DNA of 59,367 nt, filler included, from Thelocarpon superellum (Eukaryota), in the NCBI GenBank assembly GCA_026025795.1. It is 2 parts of 2 records of this genome, joined end to end, with 100 filler letters (N's around TTAATTAATTAA, not from the genome) between each part and the next. Parts side by side here need not be neighbours in the genome. Positions count along the whole stretch, not along the records: positions 29,739 to 59,367 come from JAPEUG010000216.1; 1 more part is not named here. One strand, given 5' to 3'. This document shows, piece by piece, positions 53,078 to 59,367 of the stretch. The position numbers and the translations under genes are program-made. Numbering within the stretch: position 1 is the first letter of the stretch; every line of letters begins with the position of its first letter. A model generated the notes under the pieces. It ran no database searches, was not told the DNA's origin, and saw only the letters and a list, made by a program, of their open reading frames with translations.

Positions 53078-54658
53078 ATGGCGCTTTCCATTCAATCCTA
53101 CATCTTCATGTGCTTCTTCACATTAATCTTCGCGGCGCAGGCGGTGCAAGCTGGCTCTTCCGCCTTGACATGTAATCCCACTGCTACCGGTATCACGCCC
53201 ACTCATGCCCGTGCAAAATCCGAATGTTCTGCTAACCCGTCCCAGACGGCTGTGCTCCCGATCCTGGTCTTGGTGGCACGCAAAGCTTTGACTTTCGAAA
53301 CGGGCCGTCGGATGCCTTTACCAACATTGGCGCAGGTGCGCCGACGTACGGTGCTGGAGGCGTCTCTCTCACGGCGGCCAAGAGCGGGGACTCGCCAACG
53401 CTCGTGAGCAGATTCTACCTTATGTTTGGTCGGGTGGAGATTATGATGCAGGCCGCGCCCGGGTCCGGGATCGTCAGCACGGCATTGATGTTGTCCGACG
53501 ACTACGATGAGATCGACTGGGAATTTCTGGGTAGAGATGGATCCATGGTCCAGACCACCTACTTTGGCAAGGGAGTTCCCGTAAACGCCAGCAGCTCGGC
53601 GTCCGATTCTCTTCCAGTGCCGACGTCCCAGACTGGCATCCACAACTACACCCTGGACTGGACAGCCGACCGGATCGTCTGGACGGTTGACGGGACCGCC
53701 GTGGTAACCCGCACCACCGCTGATGCGGCGGGGAAGCTTCCGCAGACACCCTGTCAGCTACGGATGGGGATCTGGATCGCCGGCGATCCAAAGCTCAACC
53801 CGAGTGGCAAGAACGGCATGTGCCACCTTTGGCGCGAGCGTTCATCATACTCTTCGCCTGCTAATCGCTGTCACAGCATGGTCAGGGATCGCGGATTTTG
53901 CCGACGGGCCGTGGACGATGTTGGTGCAGTCGGTGAAGGTGACGGATTATTCCAACGGGTCATATTACGCCTACGGTGATAATAGTGGCCGCTGGCAATC
54001 GATCCAGTCGGTTGGAGGACACATCAACTCCAGCCCCGTCGGCAACCCGGCATCAGTCGTCTTTGTTGATCCCGGAACCTTGTCACCTTCGAATTCGTCG
54101 AGCGCGCCGTCTTCCCCGACGTCGTCGCCCACGGTGACGACCATGGCGCCGCCCGGGACCAGCTCCACGAGCTTGCCGCCGCTTTCTAGTGACGGTGACA
54201 ACGCGATCGCCACCGCGACGTTGCAGATCTCGACCTTGTCGGCTGCACTCCCGTCCGCGCTTGCCGGGTATGTACGTTCCAACGCTGGATCTTCATCCGC
54301 CATTGCGCTTTCGCCATCGTTGAGCGGCGGGTCTTCGCCCATGGTCGGCTCTTTCTCAACGTTCGAGGGCGGGTCTCCGAATCCCATCTTCCCGCCGCTT
54401 GGGCCCATGGGCCCGGTGCTTGGTGCCACGTTGTTGAAGGGCTACTCACATGGGGATGGGACGCCGCCCATCTCCTTCTCCGTGGGTGACTTGCCCTCGG
54501 TGAGCGCGGTAGAAGCTCCGTACCCTGGGGCTACCGCCACGGCCTCTGGTTCATCTTCGCTTGACGTGCATAGCGCTGCAAACCCCCGGGCCCTGTGGTC
54601 CGCGGCGAGTCCAGTGCTCATCTTTGGCACGTGGTGGCTCTGCGTGGCTCTGACGTAG
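53078..54658 (+). CDS. GH16 CRH-family cell-wall transglycosylase, probably GPI-anchored
   Basis: Signal peptide, CNP..GCAPDPGLG, FYLMFGRVE, DEIDWEF catalytic motif, PQTPCQLRMGIW, Ser/Thr-rich stalk, hydrophobic C-terminus. Confidence 0.9.
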
Positions 54659-55263
54659 CGCCTTGGTTGTTTTGTTCATTTTCTTTGACCTTCATTTTCA
54701 TATCATGAACACCATGGTCCCGACGTGAGAGGCGTTCCATCTTCAAAACAGGAGCCGGTTGCACCCATACCTGTCACTGCTTGACGCATGCCGTCACCCA
54801 TAAGGCGCGCCAGTGAGAGGGGTAGATGCATCGAATCACGGGACGTTCTCTAAGTCGATGGCCAGTAGCAAATCCTAGAGCATCTGCAAAGACCATCATC
54901 CGCAAAAGACATTGCCCCGCATCTTTGCAAGCTGCATCGAACACATTTAGATATCAGCATGGTGGGCACGGGGCGCGCTTCACCGCCCTGAGAGGATCTG
55001 GTGAAATATCATGCGGGCGTTCCTCCAGTGTATTTAGCGTGCTGTGTGGTGAGCGGAGGTGCTCCTTAGCGAGGGGCGGGAGAGGGGGAGGCCCAGTCAT
55101 CCTCCCACTACCGAGGACTCATGCAGAGCCGATATCGGGCCCGTCGCAGTCTCGAAATTCACCAAAATCTTGACCGTCAACACATAACGGGTCCAGGGAA
55201 CATTGTCTACACCCCGTTGCTCTCAGACCCACCCCGAAATTTCCGACGCCGAAACAAGTGACC

Positions 55264-56769
55264 ATGGCCTCTCGATGCTTCGCCCGTGTGGCGCGGATCT
55301 CACTGACTCGCTCAGTCCACGTCTCAGCTGCACGACCCGCATTGGCCGTGGGACGCTTCAACGCGGCCTTCCCAGCCTCATCCCGAGTCGCCTGGGTGGG
55401 TCCAGCGCAGCAAGTCCGAGGAGTCAAGACGATTGACTTTGCGGGGAGCAAGGAGAAGGTCTACGGTCGGTTGACGATCTTGTGCAGCTGGGGTGCCACT
55501 TGCTGACGCCTTTTCCAGAGCGAGAGGATTGGCCGAGGGAGAAGCTCTTGGTGAGTCACCCGGCCTCCGAGTCGACGGCCAAGCACAGTGGTGTGAGTGC
55601 AGTGGCACTGATGTCCCTGTCAGAACTACTTCAAAGACGACACCTTGGCTCTCATCGGATACGGCTCGCAGGGGCACGGCCAGGGCTTAAACCTGCGGGA
55701 CAATGGGCTGAACGTCATTGTGGGTGTGCGGAAGAACGGGCAATCGTGGAAAGAAGCGCAGCAGGATGGCTGGATCCCGGGCACCAATCTTTTCGAGGTC
55801 GACGAGGCCATTGGGCGAGGGACCATTGTCATGAACCTGTTGAGCGACGCGGCCCAGAGCGAGACCTGGCCGGCCATCAAGCCCCAATTGACCAAGGGCA
55901 AGGTATGCCGCCGTCGGGTGTCTTTGAAGGGTCGGGCTAATCTGCTAATCTGCTAGACTCTCTACTTCTCCCATGGCTTTTCGCCCGTCTTCAAGGACCT
56001 CACCAAGGTCGATGTGCCCAGCGACATCGATGTCATCCTCGTCGCCCCCAAGGGATCCGGCCGCACAGTGCGCACCCTCTTCCGAGAGGGTCGCGGCATC
56101 AACTCATCCATCGCCGTCTACCAGGACGTCACGGGCAAGGCGGAGGAGAAGGCGGTGGCGCTGGGCGTCGCGGTCGGCAGCGGGTACCTGTACAAGACGA
56201 CCTTTGAGAAGGAGGTCTTCTCGGATCTGTACGGCGAACGTGGATGTCTCATGGGCGGGATTCATGGCATGTTTTTGGCACAGTATGAGGTGTTGCGCGA
56301 GCGTGGCCACAGCCCGAGCGAGGCCTTCAACGAGACTGTTGAGGAAGCGACGCAGAGCCTCTACCCGCTCATTGGAGCCAACGGCATGGACTGGATGTAT
56401 GCCGCCTGCTCCACCACGGCACGACGAGGTGCGATCGACTGGAGCGGCAAGTTCAAGGATACGCTGAAGCCCGTCTTCAACGAACTCTACGATTCCGTCA
56501 AGAATGGCACGGAGACGCAACGGGTACGTCGTCGGCAGACCATGCTCATGTCGGGATTGGTCACAAGCTAACCCAGGACCACCAGTCGCTGGACTACAAC
56601 TCGCAGCCGGACTACCGGGAGAAATATGAACAGGAGATGCAAGAGATCCGTGACTTGGAGATCTGGCGAGCCGGCAAAGCCGTCCGGTGAGCTTTCCTCC
56701 CTTCCATCCGGTACAGCGGCGTTGGCTAACCTTTGTTCCAGCTCATTGCGCCCGGAAAATCAGAACTGA
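55264..56769 (+). CDS. ILV5: Ketol-acid reductoisomerase, mitochondrial
   Basis: GVKTIDFAG, ALIGYGSQGHGQGLNLRDNG, VAPKGSGRTVR, SDLYGERGCLMG, CSTTARRGAIDW, RSLRPENQN*. Confidence 0.96.
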
Positions 56770-57143
56770 TTTCTTTTCTCTCGCGCGCAGCCGATATCAT
56801 GTGTACACTAAGTCGGCAGATCGGATTGAATTATTCCCTTCCTAGCACCAGGGAGCCTTCCTGTTTGATGGTGTTGGTGGTATTGTAGTGCTGTAGTGTC
56901 CCATTTGCGGTGGTGGCCCCACTGACGCGCCCGAACACCGACTGTTGGATGAAGCATTCAGTATCGCGAGTTCTCGCGTGATGACAAGCGGACGTTAGCT
57001 CATCCGGACCATATTTCCCTCAAGCTTCCGCATCTCCAAGGAGCTCCTCCCGCGACGCTTGGCCATTCCGCTTTCCAACCACGTCACAGACTGACCGACG
57101 ATGTGATATGGCAATATCACCGTTCAGCACTCACGCGACCACC

Positions 57144-58432
57144 ATGGCCGGGCCCTCTTCCCATTCTCTCCCCTTGACGCGGGCCTCGGTCCAGGCAGCC
57201 CATGAGCTTATCAAGCCCCAGATTCATCTCACGCCCGTTTTGACTTCGTCTACCCTCTCCTCTATCGCTTCTACTGCTCGACGTGCAGGGAGTGCAGGAA
57301 GTGCAGAAAACAGTGGAGATGGTGGAGACGGGGATAATGCCTCGTCTCCCTCGCCGAAAATCAAGCTCTTCTTCAAATGCGAGAATTATCAGCGCGTCGG
57401 CGCTTTCAAAGTCCGCGGGGCCTTTCATGCGTTGGCGCGATTGAGCGATGAGACAGCGGCAAAGGGGGTGGTCACTCACAGTTCTGGTAAGTCATTCTGC
57501 CCCTCGTGTTCCTTTGAGCCAATCCTCGCTTGTCTGAGTTTCTTTGACAGAGGCTGAATTCGAATGATTTAGGGAATCACGCGCAAGCTCTAGCACTGGC
57601 GGCACGCACACGAGGTATCAAGGCCTACGTCGTCATGCCAACCATCTCGCCTCCTTCGAAGATTGCCGCCACGAAGGGCTACGGCGCGGAGGTGATCTTC
57701 AGTGGGTCGACGTCGGAAGAACGAGAAGAGGTGACGGCCCGGGTGATGCAAGAGACGGGCGCGGTGTTGGTTCCCCCTTACGATCATCCCAACATCCTCC
57801 TCGGGCAAGGTACGCAGGCGTTGGAGTTGGAGGAGCAGGTCAAGACCATGGTCCGCGTAGACCCGACGCTGGACGTCCGGTGGAAGGTGCATCAAGAAGG
57901 ACCTATTTTCGTTGACGACGAGCGGAAGAAAGGGTTCACGGGAAGTGGCCTTGATGCTGTCATCGCCCCGTGTGGCGGCGGGGGCATGCTCTCGGGCATC
58001 GCAACCGCCATGATCGGGACGGGCATCCGCGTGTTTGGCGCCGAGCCTTCATTTCAAGGCGCCGACGATGTCGCTCGTGGCCTCGCGGCAGGTGAACGGG
58101 TCAGCAGCGTCAACACGCTTACGATTGCCGATGGACTCCGGACTCCCGTCGGTGTCATCCCGTGGAGCATCATCAGTGATCCAGCCAAGGTCCGAGGCGT
58201 CTATGCTGTCTCGGAAGAGGAGATCAAGGACGCCACGAAGTTGGTCATCGAGCGCATGAAGCTTCTGATTGAGCCCTCAGCGGCGGTCGGCCTTGCTGTC
58301 ATCATGTACAATGATGACTTTCGACGATTAGTGGCGAGAGAAGCTGGGCCGGAGGGGTGGAATATTGGCGTTATCCTGAGTGGCGGGAACACCACGTTGG
58401 AGGCATTAGGGAAGATCTTTGCTACCGGTTAG
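57144..58432 (+). CDS. PLP-dependent serine racemase / threonine dehydratase-family enzyme (Sry1-like)
   Basis: HLTPVLTS, FKCENYQRVGAFKVRGA (PLP lysine), THSSGNHAQA, PCGGGGMLSG, TIADGL, IEPSAAV, ILSGGN. Confidence 0.9.
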
Positions 58433-59045
58433 ATGAGCGCATAACGAGAACAGTCACGCTATTCTCCGAAGTTCCTGTATGGTGCTCAATCTGGAGCGTA
58501 CGCTCGGCTGTTGACCAGAGCTCGGCGCGAAAGAGAAAGCGAGAGCACGAGTACTCGCAGCGTATGACAGGTACGAGTAGCACAAGCCCATTGTATCGTA
58601 GCCGACGTATCTCAACCCTTGCGTGATTGCAACATACAGAGCAGCTGCTCGGTACCCGAAACGGATTAGGTAAGACGACGCTAAGCTGCCGCCACAGCTG
58701 GTTTGCGGGCAGGGTCAGGGTTGTAGGAATCAGAGCTGAATTGCTAATCTACGCGTAGTCTGGGATAGTAATAGAAGTGGGCACGTGATCAGATCACGTG
58801 CGCGCTCCTACAGGGTCGTGTTTTGGAGGCCTCCACGTTGATTTGTGGCTTAGGCCATGCTACACTTTCGACGGTCCGTCGCCCGTCCGTCGTCGCGGCG
58901 GCTCCTTGACGTGAGGTATCATTCTTTCAAGCTTCGTTCACTCCTTGATTCATCGTTCATCGTTCAGCGTCCTTTGGCCAACGGTCATCATCCGCCGACC
59001 TTAGTCAAGGTTGGTTGAACCCTTCGACAGGACCGGAGATCCAAG

Positions 59046-59367
59046 ATGGACCGCAACACTCATTTCGTGGACCGGCACGAACCTTTTTCCGGCACGGACG
59101 TGCTCCAAATGAAGACACCGCACACCACTGGACCCTTTGCATTTCTCAACCCAACCTTTGCCATCCTCCGACGGACATCACCCGCGGAACGGGGTGCCAA
59201 AGAGACCGAGAATGCCGAGGCCAAGAAGGCCAAGGACGCCAAAGACGCCAAAGACGCCAAGGGCAACGACATGAACGAAGAGCTGGCGGAAAACGTCGAC
59301 TACCAGTGGCGGAGTCGAGACAATCGCAAGGGCCGGCATGCGCTCATCGTCGAGCCGGCGCGCGACG
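59046..59367 (+). CDS. 5' part of a conserved fungal protein (probably integral membrane), runs off the window
   Basis: Open frame from ATG 59046: MDRNTHF..TGPFAFLNP..(AKD)x3..YQWRSRDNRKGRHAL. The WRSRDNRKGRH motif is recalled from a fungal membrane-protein family. Confidence 0.6.
   Translation, partial: MDRNTHFVDRHEPFSGTDVLQMKTPHTTGPFAFLNPTFAILRRTSPAERGAKETENAEAKKAKDAKDAKDAKGNDMNEELAENVDYQWRSRDNRKGRHALIVEPARD

Noticed and set aside
59217..59261. (AKD)n repeat near the window end as a second peptide precursor
   Set aside because: A short 9-bp low-complexity expansion in a protein without a signal peptide and with no modifying enzymes nearby.

Overview
Intron-rich, GC-rich fungal (filamentous ascomycete-type) genomic DNA. 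It is made of two contigs joined by an artificial linker (N44-TTAATTAATTAA-N44, 29639-29738), so genes on either side are not demonstrably neighbours. Most of the window is housekeeping genes: a flavin-reductase-like protein, MRPL36, VPS5, a DCR2-like phosphoesterase, TRM61-like, a monoglyceride lipase, ClpP, CCR4, a methyltransferase, LYRM5, PMU1-like, MAD2, GUF1, RPC1, OPY2, a class III chitin synthase, UBC12, a CRH-type GH16, ILV5 and a serine racemase-like enzyme. One mutated 2-kb Fot1/pogo DNA transposon with 44-bp TIRs is also present. The notable part is the first ~6 kb, which looks like a decaying fungal RiPP (dikaritin-type) cluster. It has a secreted precursor gene that the ORF track misses (signal peptide plus 27-aa repeats carrying a conserved SMWSY segment), next to two clear and one probable DUF3328/UstYa oxidase genes. 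All carry stops or frameshifts. All gene models were read by eye and no database searches were run.
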